Assembly: GCA_005222975.1 (NCBI GenBank)
Contig: NJBI01000004.1
Span: 1 to 64,000, forward strand
Length of the DNA stretch: 64,000 nucleotides
Direction: 5' to 3'
Source: Promethearchaeota archaeon Loki_b31
GTDB lineage: Archaea; Asgardarchaeota; Lokiarchaeia; Sigyniarchaeales; SOKP01
Below, piece after piece: positions 30,166 to 39,479 of the stretch; positions within the stretch are counted from its first letter, which is position 1, and the number at the start of each line of letters is the position of its first letter. Position numbers and translations under genes: made by a program. Below the pieces are notes generated by a model. That model saw only the letters and a program-made list of their open reading frames with translations, was not told the origin of the DNA and ran no database searches.

Positions 30166-30726
30166 TTATTTATTCGTTTGTTCCCATTCTTCTCTAAATA
30201 TACAAAATTTCAATTCGTCGACATACTCTCCGTCGAAATATGTTTGATTTTTCAATGCTAATTCGAGTTTCATTCCAGTTTTCTCAAGCATACGACAAGC
30301 TCCCTTATTTGGCCTTAAAGCTGAAGCTGTAATTTTAACTAAGTTTAATTCTTCAAATCCGTATTTGATCATTAGTTTTGCTGCTTCTGTACCCAAATTG
30401 TTTCCCCATAATTCTTTTTCTCCTATTAAGAAGCCTAAATCTGCTGCGTGATTTATATAATTAATATGATGGAACTCTACAAAACCAACAATTTTATCAA
30501 GTTCTTTATGATAAATTTCAAAAAAAATATCTCTCATTGGTCGCTCTTGTTTTTGCTCTAAACGCTTCTTTAGATCTTCAGGAGATACGGGAAAAACATT
30601 TCGGGCGTATAATCTCGTTTTAGGGTCGTTCGCCCATCTAGCGTGGATTCTTGCGTTTTCGGGATTAAATGGGAGAAGTTCTATGCGTTCCCCCTCAATA
30701 AATGTTAATCGCGTATTTTTTTCCAT
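30166..30726 (-). CDS. GNAT N-acetyltransferase (RimJ/RimL-like)
   Basis: IGEKELWGNNLG, NKGACRMLEKTG. Confidence 0.9.
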   Translation of the reverse strand: MEKNTRLTFIEGERIELLPFNPENARIHARWANDPKTRLYARNVFPVSPEDLKKRLEQKQERPMRDIFFEIYHKELDKIVGFVEFHHINYINHAADLGFLIGEKELWGNNLGTEAAKLMIKYGFEELNLVKITASALRPNKGACRMLEKTGMKLELALKNQTYFDGEYVDELKFCIFREEWEQTNK

Positions 30727-30755
30727 AATTTACCCGCCAATCCTTCACTTAATAA

Positions 30756-31352
30756 TTAATTTTCATCTTTCATTTTCCAATCTCTTTTAAACAATGCGAA
30801 TTTGTGGATATCGTGATATTGCCCGTCAACATACATTTCTTCTTTTAAAACGCCTTCTTTTTTAAATCCTAATTTTTCAGCTGCACGAAGAGACCTTTTA
30901 TTTGGTGTAAAAACTCCAGCAAAAATTTTATGAAAATTCAATTCAGTAAAACCATAATTGATCATTAAATTAGAAGCTTCACCAGCTATACCCTTCCCCC
31001 AATATTCAGGTTCTCCTATTGTTAAAAATATATTAGCATTTCTACTGACCCAATTAATGTGATTAAATCCTATACTACCGATTGGCCGTTTTGCGTGCTT
31101 ATGATAAACTGTAAAGACAATGAATTCCCTCATTTGTCTGTCTGGTGGGGGTTCGAACCATTTTTTTACTTCTTCGAGAGTTTTTGGCCACATATTTCGA
31201 GAATAATGACGGACTTTTGGGTCATTCATCCATTTACAAACTAAATTAGCCCATTTAGAATTTCCAGCAACTAAATCGATGGTCTCTCCATTTATAAAAG
31301 GAAATACATCTTCTTCTTCCTTATCTTCTTTATCTTTTTTTTCTTCTGTCAT
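30756..31352 (-). CDS. GNAT N-acetyltransferase (RimJ/RimL-like)
   Basis: IGEPEYWGKGIA, NKRSLRAAEKLGF. Confidence 0.9.
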   Translation of the reverse strand: MTEEKKDKEDKEEEDVFPFINGETIDLVAGNSKWANLVCKWMNDPKVRHYSRNMWPKTLEEVKKWFEPPPDRQMREFIVFTVYHKHAKRPIGSIGFNHINWVSRNANIFLTIGEPEYWGKGIAGEASNLMINYGFTELNFHKIFAGVFTPNKRSLRAAEKLGFKKEGVLKEEMYVDGQYHDIHKFALFKRDWKMKDEN

Positions 31353-31487
31353 GTTTTAGCCTCAAATAAAATTCATATTTCATTGAATTTGATTAAGAAA
31401 TATGAATGAGAGTAAAAATTAATATTTTTACATTTAAAATAAAAAAAAAATAGAAAATTAAATAATTTTTTACAGTAAAATTGAAAT

Positions 31488-31541
31488 CTACAATAATTTC
31501 ATTGCCAGAGTCATGTCGTTAACAGTTAATTTCTTTCTGCC
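31488..31541 (-). repeat. Intron-less duplicate of the histone gene 3' end (att-like direct repeat)
   Basis: GGC AGA AAG AAA TTA ACT GTT AAC GAC ATG ACT CTG GCA ATG AAA TTA TTG TAG = GRKKLTVNDMTLAMKLL*, the same peptide as spliced 34258-34341 with only synonymous differences. Confidence 0.92.
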
Positions 31542-32323
31542 AATTCCTTTAAATTTATGAAATTAAAATAAAAAATTCTTTCTCCCGTTAATTTAGAATA
31601 GAAGTAAGTTAAGCTAATCTTAAGAAAATAGAGTTTGTGCCTGCTCTAAAGCAAATCTTTTCCAGTTTATTTATTAAAATTACAAAAAAATTGAGTCGCC
31701 TTTCCTATTGAATAAAAATTTATAATAAACGGTTGGATACTAAATTTTATGGATTAGGATGTGAAACCCTTAGTTCCGATTGTTAAGGTTTGATCGGGTT
31801 GATCTAAAAGTTGTTCTTGTTTGAAAAATCGTTTCGTATTCGATTGAGAAAAGTTTTTTGTCCTGAACTAACGCGATTAAATTCTACTAAATACACCTTA
31901 ACTAACTCCTTATATAATGTTTTACCGAACTTGGTTTCTATGAGTTTTATTTTCATCACCTTAAATTCTTCTGTTGGCTAATATTTGCGATCCCTTTCGC
32001 AATATACTCTAAGAATTGATATATATTCCCGTTTCGAGAATCGAGCATGAGCAATTGGCACTTTGCTTTTTGCTGGATTTCTTCGGAACAAAAAGACAGA
32101 AAATCGGCAATGTCTTCTACGTGAAAATAATTCCTGCCCTTTTCGTCCTCAAATTAGATGTTATATCCCTTATCTAAGGCGAGCGTTGACAAAAACTAAA
32201 ATAGAAGCCCTTTTTGATTTTAGTTTGGACTAATCTGAGCCCTATTTTATTACTAAATTCGGAATTTACGATTTTAATTGCAATCTAATTTTTAGAAACG
32301 AAAATCTTTTTATTCCGATGAAT

Positions 32324-32641
32324 TCAATCAACGATTTTATAAAATACATCTCTTACTGACGCAATCAAAATACATTCTGAGCCCCCGCCGTCAATCCTCA
32401 AATTACTAATTACGTAAGGTCTATTTGAAGTGCCTTGCCCGACACATCTCCCCGAATTTATTAAGTCGATCCAATCGTTATCGTCGTCAATTAGGATGGG
32501 TGCTGATGGAACCGCGTTTGAAGTTTCTGCCTCCATTTCGCTGGATTTATAGGCACCTGTAGTACTCACAATTGATAACAAGGGTATACACGCTATTATA
32601 AATATAACGCTAACCAAGAAAAAAATCTTAAAAGTTTTCAT
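32324..32641 (-). pseudogene. Truncated secreted protein (N-terminus of a NosD/beta-helix-type surface protein)
   Basis: Signal peptide plus PILIDDDNDW...GQGTSNRPYVISNLRIDGGG, then a premature TGA and further stops. Confidence 0.6.
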
Positions 32642-33045
32642 AAAAATATAAGTCAGGCTATCGTACTTAAAGAAAAACTCGACTTGTTTCTACTCGAAAA
32701 GGATGAGTTTTTCTTTTTGATCGATTAATTAAATTAACTATTGATAAACGAGCTAAATCCTATAAATTTGAATCCAAAATTAAAAAAAAATAAAAGTTCA
32801 AGAGGGGTTGATATAAAAAGGAAAAATCCCGGCGATACATTAAACCGGCTAAGTGAAAAGATTTAAATACTGCGAAATAATTTCTATTCATAGAAAGATA
32901 AAATTCGAACAAAACGATTCTTTTGGATTTTAATCTATCACTAAGTTAGCTAGATCTGAAGTTTAAAATAAGCGTAAAAAAATAAAGATTAAGATAAGGA
33001 TAAAATAAAAAACGAAATTGAAATGAGATAGGGAAAAAATAACCG

Positions 33046-33157
33046 TGACTCCTGCGCCACCCTGGATTTTTGTCTTTTGGTAGTGCGTAAAGCACTCATC
33101 TAATACTCCCCCTATTTTGTTTCTGACCTTCTTATTAGGTCGAGGCAGCAGGAGTCG
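33046..33157. other. GC-rich structured element (candidate ncRNA or cis-element)
   Basis: Closing stem GACTCCTGC-GCC / GGC-A-GCAGGAGTC; internal hairpins AGTGC-GTAAA-GCACT and GACCT-TCTTATT-AGGTC. Confidence 0.5.
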
Positions 33158-33249
33158 TCTTTTTCTTTCATTTTCTTTTCGTTGCTTAATAGGAAAAATA
33201 AAAACTATAAAACTTTTTCTTTAAATAACCTCTTTCGTAACATATTAAC

Positions 33250-33828
33250 ATGAAAGAAGATACAGCAGTCGTGAAGATTAAGTTTTACGACCACGGGCTC
33301 GGAAGAGAGCAAGTTATTTACGGAGAGGTAAAAGCGAGCAAGATAGATCGGTTCGAAACCAACGAAGATTCTTGGATTACATTGACCGACTCTAATAGAT
33401 CGCTTATCGTACCTAAGATAGATGTCGCGTGCATAAGCGAGTTCAAAGAACTCGGTGAGCTAGACGGTCATGAGAAAGAGTTAAATATTGCTTTTGAGTT
33501 TAACGGACCCCAACACTATAAATTGAGCCATTGGATGGAGGTATACGGATTAAGCGAAAGCGTTGCGAGAAAAAGGTTTTATATTCAAATTATTAACGAT
33601 CTTAACAAACTAAGGGAATGTCAAAAGAAAGATACGGTATTAATCGTTCTATCCTCTTTGGATAATCCTAGTGACTGGCAAGACATCATAGTTCATCAAT
33701 ACGAACTTTGGACGGGTAAAAAAGCTCCAGTAAAACACCCATTAGATTACGAAAGTGTCCTTAAATTGATATCAGAAGAAGATATTGGAACCTTGAAGAT
33801 TAAATTTTTAAAAAATTTCTCCGGTTAA
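33250..33828 (+). CDS. Hypothetical protein (island)
   Basis: 192-aa ORF, no recognised motif. Confidence 0.65.
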   Translation: MKEDTAVVKIKFYDHGLGREQVIYGEVKASKIDRFETNEDSWITLTDSNRSLIVPKIDVACISEFKELGELDGHEKELNIAFEFNGPQHYKLSHWMEVYGLSESVARKRFYIQIINDLNKLRECQKKDTVLIVLSSLDNPSDWQDIIVHQYELWTGKKAPVKHPLDYESVLKLISEEDIGTLKIKFLKNFSG

Positions 33829-33908
33829 TTTTAAATTAAGTTAGTCTTATATTTATATGAGAATACTTAATAACATATTAAACAGAACTTAAGCGAGCGC
33901 ATATTACT

Positions 33909-34193
33909 ATGGATGAAATTAAAAGGATCAAAAATATTAATATAGATGAAATCAAACGGATGGCTAAGTTTGTTAATGATAATTACCTGACGGACTGCAT
34001 TGGTAATAAGGAGAATTGTTTTTGCAAAGTTTTCTACGACAACAGAATTTTATTCTGCGAATTTCCTGCTTATTGTGCTCGTTTATTAATTAATAAGGAA
34101 AATGGATTGCTCAACGAACTGGTTGATGAAATATGCGAAGAGAGAAGGGAAGAAGCGATATATTGGAATTTTGTTAAGAGAGATCAGGAATAA
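33909..34193 (+). CDS. Small Cys-containing hypothetical protein (island)
   Basis: 94-aa ORF with several Cys. Confidence 0.55.
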   Translation: MDEIKRIKNINIDEIKRMAKFVNDNYLTDCIGNKENCFCKVFYDNRILFCEFPAYCARLLINKENGLLNELVDEICEERREEAIYWNFVKRDQE

Positions 34194-34257
34194 ACAGAAT
34201 AAAAAAAAAAATTAAATATTTTTTAACTCATTGTCGTACAATCATTCGACTTTAATT

Positions 34258-34500
34258 CTACAATAATTTCATTGCCAAAGTCATGTCGTTGACGGTAAGT
34301 ATAAAGATTTAAAGTTAAATACTAAAAATTTTCTTTCTGCCGGCATGTCGAGTCATTTCTAATGCTTTATTTGTTACTCCTCTAGCAGCTTTCTCTAAAT
34401 AATCAATAAGAGCGTCTACTGCTTCACGAGCAACCATTTCAGCGCCGTTATCTTTCATTAACTTTCGAACTGGTGACCAGGCAAATACTTTTTTAGCCAT
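34258..34500 (-). CDS. Archaeal histone (HMf-like, 70 aa after splicing), join(34500..34331,34300..34258)
   Basis: Spliced product MAKKVFAWSPVRKLMKDNGAEMVAREAVDALIDYLEKAARGVTNKALEMTRHAGRKKLTVNDMTLAMKLL; GGAGG SD upstream; T-rich tract downstream. Confidence 0.93.
34301..34330 (-). other. Putative BHB-type mRNA intron (30 nt) in the histone gene
   Basis: mRNA AG-AAAG-AA|A-AUUU...AAAU-CUUU-AU|A-CU: 4-bp helix AAAG/CUUU flanked by 3-nt bulges AAA and AUA; contains two in-frame UAA. Confidence 0.88.
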
Positions 34501-34941
34501 TTTTTTCATTCCTCCACTTTTAACTTTTTAATATTTTTTTCTAAAGTTCACATTTTTCAATTTGAACCTTATTATATTATATATTTTCTTTTAAATATTT
34601 AAAACTTGCGTAATATTTTTGATAGGGTATGTTTCGGTTAATAATTTCTTCCGATCGACAAAATTACGATGTTAGAGAAGAAAAGCGGGAGATACACTTC
34701 TGAGCCGTTAGATCAGAGATCTTTTTTTATTTTTGAAAATATAGACGAGGCAGAATTAAGTATAGAGGAAATGAGCTAGCTTTGGTGAGAATGCTATTAT
34801 TTGATATATTTTCTGGATAAAAGTTAATAATTTAAAAGACTTTGTTACCTTCTTAATTTTGATTACATAACACTTAATTGATTTAAAATTTTAAATATTA
34901 GATTCTCGAAAGTTATAACAAAAAAGTATTTATTTAAAAAA

Positions 34942-36627
34942 ATGTCAATTATAGAATTTTTAAAAGCTGATAAAAAAAGAGCTGGAGTGATTATATCCAT
35001 AATAATACTTCTTATTGGAGTTGTCCCTCTAATAATTTTTACATTTTTTGCGGACCCTGTTCATCCTTATACTATTACTCAAGAAACTTTAATTTCAGAA
35101 GACGGGACCGAAATACAAGCTTTAATTTACACTCCACTAACCGCTTCAGGTAACATCCCGGGCGTAGTGTTAGCCCACGGTTATTGTGGGAGTAAAGGTT
35201 CCTTAAACAGTATAGGTATAGAACTTGTTAAACGCAATTTTCTCGTAGTCAACATAGATTTCAGAGGGCATGGAGCCAGCGGTGGATATTTATCGAGAGA
35301 TCCTCATGGATACGAAAAATTAGAAATGGATGTAATGGCAGGAGTGCAGTACCTCAAGGATTCAGGTGTGGTAGATAGAATAGGATTAATGGGGCACTCA
35401 ATGGGAGCAGGTACAGTCAGAAGAGTAGCAGAGAAAATTCCAAATCAGATTAACGCAACTGTATCAATGGGTAGTATACCATCCTCAGCAAATACAACGC
35501 TAATTCCTAATTTATTAGTTGCTCTAGGACAGTTTGAACAAGCTATGGTAGTAGATTCTGCTTTAGATTTCTTAGAATTATATACGGGTCAAACTGATGT
35601 AGCTTTTGATACTCTTTATGGAGATTTTACCGATGGAAATGCAACTAAAGTAGCACTAGGCCCATTTAGCGAGCATTTATACGAAAGAACGGATCCCGTA
35701 ATTCATTTCGAGATTGTCAATTGGTTTGAACTAGCGTTTTACGGTTCCGTAAGGTGGGAAATTGTTATAACAAGCATCTATCAAAATGCCTTCTATTATA
35801 TTTCGATATTTGGTTCGGTTTGCCTATGTTTCGTTATTATAATATATTTGACTAAATTTATTTGGAAAAATGGGACAATATACTCGCGGAAAGATTTGAT
35901 AAAAAACACGTCAATAATTCCACTTATGTTATATTCCATTATAATAGGAGTAATTGGTCTTTTGTCTTATCTGATATTATCCGATCTATTTGTCGATGTA
36001 TTACCTGTTTCTGCGGGCGATCAGTTATTTGCGTTTAATTTTGGAACTGCTTTAGGGATTTTTATAGTTTATTCCTTACTCGTTCTTAGAAAAGAGAGAG
36101 TTGGTATCAAAAATCTCCCGATGAAGTTAAAAGAACTTACATCAAATAATGCTACAAGTTCTTTGATTTACGGTATCATTACAGCAATATTACTAATAAT
36201 AGGTATTACAAGCATTTCTTATTGGAGCCAATCTCCTGGCTGGCCTACTACACGAGAAATAGGAACGATTATAGGATTAACATTTATATTTTTTCCACTG
36301 TTGTTTATCAAAGAGTTCTATTTCAGAACGGTTCAAAGTAAACTTATCTTTTCAAATAGATTTAAGGAATACTTTTCTATGGTATTTATCGGTATTTTTC
36401 TCGAAACCGTAGTGACTGTTCCACTAGCGCTTTTAACATGGGGATCTGCTAATTCTATGTTATCGTTTATATCTTTGTCGTTAACTGCAACATTCATTAT
36501 GACAGTAATTCAACAGATTTTGGTGACTTGGGTTTATATGCATTCGGGTAGAAATATTGTGGGCTCAACTGTTTTTCTATGCATTCTTTACTCGTGGATA
36601 ATAATCAATTTCTTTCCATTTGCCTAA
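34942..36627 (+). CDS. Membrane-anchored alpha/beta hydrolase
   Basis: AHGY, DFRGHGAS, GHSMG nucleophile motif; multi-TM C-terminus. Confidence 0.88.
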   Translation: MSIIEFLKADKKRAGVIISIIILLIGVVPLIIFTFFADPVHPYTITQETLISEDGTEIQALIYTPLTASGNIPGVVLAHGYCGSKGSLNSIGIELVKRNFLVVNIDFRGHGASGGYLSRDPHGYEKLEMDVMAGVQYLKDSGVVDRIGLMGHSMGAGTVRRVAEKIPNQINATVSMGSIPSSANTTLIPNLLVALGQFEQAMVVDSALDFLELYTGQTDVAFDTLYGDFTDGNATKVALGPFSEHLYERTDPVIHFEIVNWFELAFYGSVRWEIVITSIYQNAFYYISIFGSVCLCFVIIIYLTKFIWKNGTIYSRKDLIKNTSIIPLMLYSIIIGVIGLLSYLILSDLFVDVLPVSAGDQLFAFNFGTALGIFIVYSLLVLRKERVGIKNLPMKLKELTSNNATSSLIYGIITAILLIIGITSISYWSQSPGWPTTREIGTIIGLTFIFFPLLFIKEFYFRTVQSKLIFSNRFKEYFSMVFIGIFLETVVTVPLALLTWGSANSMLSFISLSLTATFIMTVIQQILVTWVYMHSGRNIVGSTVFLCILYSWIIINFFPFA

Positions 36628-36723
36628 AAATTAACTCTTTTTTTTTTTGTTTTCCAGATCTGATAAGTTTTATTACATCTGGTAATTTATTTTACACAAT
36701 TAAATTATTTGACTTGAAATCTC

Positions 36724-37788
36724 ATGAAAAAAATCATTTCTGTATGCAGGGGGGACGGCGTAGGTCCTGAAGTTGTAAACGAAGGAGTGAAAGTCCTTAA
36801 AATCGTTTCGGGTTATACTGAGTTTGATTTTGAATTCAAAGAAGCACCAGCGGGAGGGGAAATATGGAAAAAATTTGGGAATAATCTTCCTGAACAATCG
36901 TTTGAAACAATTAAGAATTCCGATGCGTTATTATTTGGCGCCCTAGGATTGCCTGATTTACCTTTTGGAGTAGCAGAAAGTGCAATAATGAAGATTAGAC
37001 AGGGGTTAGATTTATACATTAATTTAAGACCAATTAAACTATACGACATACTTCGCGAGAGATGTCCATTGAAAGATGAATTTATAGGTAGCGGGATAGA
37101 AATCACTTTTGTAAGGGAAAATACTGAAGGGCTCTATAAAAATATAGGGAGTTTAGACGAGGATTCTGCTCAGAATCTAATGCTTTACACTAGAAAAGGC
37201 TGTGAACGAATAATAAAGTATGCGTTTGAATATGCCAAAAAAAAGGGGCATAGCAAAATTACTTCTGTTGATAAAGCAAATCTTTTAAAGACAAGTCAAT
37301 TGTGGCGCAAAATATTTCACGAAATAGGTGAAAACTATCCAAAAATCCAAAAAGAAGATATTTACATTGACGCGTATTGTCAATGGCTTATTCGAGCACC
37401 TTATAAATTTCAAACGGTTGTAACGGGAAACATGTTCGGAGATATAATAAGTGACGAGGGAGCGTTTCTTATAGGAAGTCTGGGAATGGGCTCAAGTGGA
37501 AACATTCATCCCGGAAAAGTATCGATGTACGAGCCCATTCACGGTTCTGCGCCCGATATCGCCGGAAAAGGCATAGCTAACCCTATTGGTACTATATTAA
37601 GCGTAAAATTAATGCTGCAGGAGTCGTTTAATTCACTTGAAATAGGAAACGAAGTTGATAAAGCCGTAGAAGACGCCCTAAAGAGAGGGAGAACTGTAGA
37701 CATAAAAAGCGAAAAATTAAAAACCCTCTCAACCGAGGAAATGGGCGATTTAATCGCCGAACAATTAAAAAGTAGGTTGAAAAAGTAA
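36724..37788 (+). CDS. leuB: 3-isopropylmalate / isocitrate dehydrogenase family
   Basis: GDGVGPEV, NLRP, RENTEGLY, VDKAN, NMFGDIISD, EPIHGSAPDIAG. Confidence 0.85.
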   Translation: MKKIISVCRGDGVGPEVVNEGVKVLKIVSGYTEFDFEFKEAPAGGEIWKKFGNNLPEQSFETIKNSDALLFGALGLPDLPFGVAESAIMKIRQGLDLYINLRPIKLYDILRERCPLKDEFIGSGIEITFVRENTEGLYKNIGSLDEDSAQNLMLYTRKGCERIIKYAFEYAKKKGHSKITSVDKANLLKTSQLWRKIFHEIGENYPKIQKEDIYIDAYCQWLIRAPYKFQTVVTGNMFGDIISDEGAFLIGSLGMGSSGNIHPGKVSMYEPIHGSAPDIAGKGIANPIGTILSVKLMLQESFNSLEIGNEVDKAVEDALKRGRTVDIKSEKLKTLSTEEMGDLIAEQLKSRLKK

Positions 37789-37795
37789 TATATTA

Positions 37796-39352
37796 TTATT
37801 TTAAGTTTCTCGTGTTAACTATTGCATTTAACATGAGCTTAAGGTAATCGTATATTTTTTCTCTGTAATCAGAACCAATTTTGAGAAACACTATCGATAC
37901 AACCTTTTCTTCTAAATCTTGGTCAATAACAAATTCTTCCATTAATTGGGACCAGCTTTTGTCGTCAGAAACTCGAACTCCAACGATAATTGCTCGTTTT
38001 TTTCTAATTTTTTGAATAATTTGAATTAAAATCTCCTTCCAATTAGGATCGATGTGTTCTTTATCTCTAGCGTCGAATATACAAAAAACACCGTCAGAAT
38101 TAGAAAGGTTAAATTTATCGTAAAGATAACTACTTAAGATCACTCCGTTCTTATAAGTGTATAATTTTTCTTCGCTACTATCTTTTATCTTAGAAAAATC
38201 GCCTAGTTTTTCGATATCCAATATAGTATGGAATCCAGGGTTCCAGCTCATGCTATAACTAATAAAAGTTAATTCCAATATAATCAACTCTTTTAAAGCG
38301 GAATAAATCGCTTCTATTAAACCATCTTTGATTCTATCCTTTTCCTTTTTTTTACTTTTTACGATATAATGATAAGCAATTAATTCAAATGCGTCCTTAA
38401 CATTATTTCCCGTAAGTGCGCTCGTTTCTATATAGGAGGAGCCATTTTCAGACAATGATTTGGCTAATTCTTCTCCTTCTTCGGTAGAAATTAATCGTTG
38501 TTCGGTCAAATCGCTTTTGTTACCAATAACCACTATGGGAATGTCTTTTTCTTCGATGAGTTTAGATATTTCTTTATACCAACTCTTTATATTTTCAAAA
38601 GATTCTCTTTTAGTAAGATCAAAAACGATAAAAGCAGCTTCTGCACCAGTGTAATATATCTTGCGAAAACGTTTAAAATATTGTTGGGCACCAATATCCC
38701 ATAACTGAACACCTATCTCATTTCCTTGGAAATCAAAATTATGTGCTAAAATATTTAGGCCAATCGTGGCTCTATAATCGTGTGAAAACTTGCGCTCTAC
38801 AAATTGTCGAATCAATGATGTTTTTCCAACCGTATGATCACCAACAATTACGAACTTAAAGGCATACTTACCACTTTCAATGAATTCCGATTGACATATT
38901 GATGCTTTTAACTTTTCATGTCTTACAGCTTCATTATCAAAATCGGGAATTGCCAATTGTATTGAATCGCCCGCTTGGGCGTTCAGTATTTGAGCTGATT
39001 TCTCTGCTAAAAAGTACGTGTAAGGCGCGACTTTTTCAACTGACGCCATACTGTTAAAAATTATACTTAATATTCTCTCTTCGTCAATAGTAACAAAAAA
39101 TAAACGGTACTCATCTGTGTCAAAAGCGGCAGTTCCAAATTTTTTGAAAGAGAAATCATTTCGTATCCTTTCTAAAATCGGGTTTATTAGTGTAGTTAAA
39201 ACAGATACAATTTCGACATCAATATCTTTTCTTTTTTCTCCCGCAATAACTAACCCTTCGATGTCGGAGACGATAATCGCTTCTACATCTGCAAATCTTT
39301 CTAAAAAATTACCTAAAATCTCGTTAAAAAGTTGATTTCTGTTTATAAACAA
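37796..39352 (-). CDS. Roadblock + Rab-like small GTPase fusion with degenerate C-terminal G-domain-like region
   Basis: AIIVSDIEGLVI; GDHTVGKT, YRATIG, WDIGAQ, NKSD, ETSALTG. Confidence 0.88.
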   Translation of the reverse strand: MFINRNQLFNEILGNFLERFADVEAIIVSDIEGLVIAGEKRKDIDVEIVSVLTTLINPILERIRNDFSFKKFGTAAFDTDEYRLFFVTIDEERILSIIFNSMASVEKVAPYTYFLAEKSAQILNAQAGDSIQLAIPDFDNEAVRHEKLKASICQSEFIESGKYAFKFVIVGDHTVGKTSLIRQFVERKFSHDYRATIGLNILAHNFDFQGNEIGVQLWDIGAQQYFKRFRKIYYTGAEAAFIVFDLTKRESFENIKSWYKEISKLIEEKDIPIVVIGNKSDLTEQRLISTEEGEELAKSLSENGSSYIETSALTGNNVKDAFELIAYHYIVKSKKKEKDRIKDGLIEAIYSALKELIILELTFISYSMSWNPGFHTILDIEKLGDFSKIKDSSEEKLYTYKNGVILSSYLYDKFNLSNSDGVFCIFDARDKEHIDPNWKEILIQIIQKIRKKRAIIVGVRVSDDKSWSQLMEEFVIDQDLEEKVVSIVFLKIGSDYREKIYDYLKLMLNAIVNTRNLK

Positions 39353-39479
39353 TCGAATCTACCTTCAAATATGATTAATATTGAATGGAATTTGTATTTA
39401 TCATAAATATAACATAACTTATTTTTAAAAGTAGCTATTTCAATTTATAAAATTTTAATTAGAATTATTGGAGAAAATT

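Larger units (their letters stand above)
31542..34257. mobile_element. Decayed ~2.7-kb island inserted at the histone gene
   Basis: Bounded by duplicated histone 3' ends; contains pseudogene fragments and orphan ORFs; no integrase seen. Confidence 0.55.

Noticed and set aside
32268-32339. 63-nt segment between TAAAATCGT direct repeats in the truncated surface-protein gene as another intron
   Set aside because: Removal would restore a short stretch of frame, but I could not build a BHB at the boundaries and the frame ends again soon after. Treated as pseudogene decay.
34610-34780. Short ORF or RNA upstream of the histone promoter
   Set aside because: Only a ~37-codon ORF without motifs and no convincing structure.
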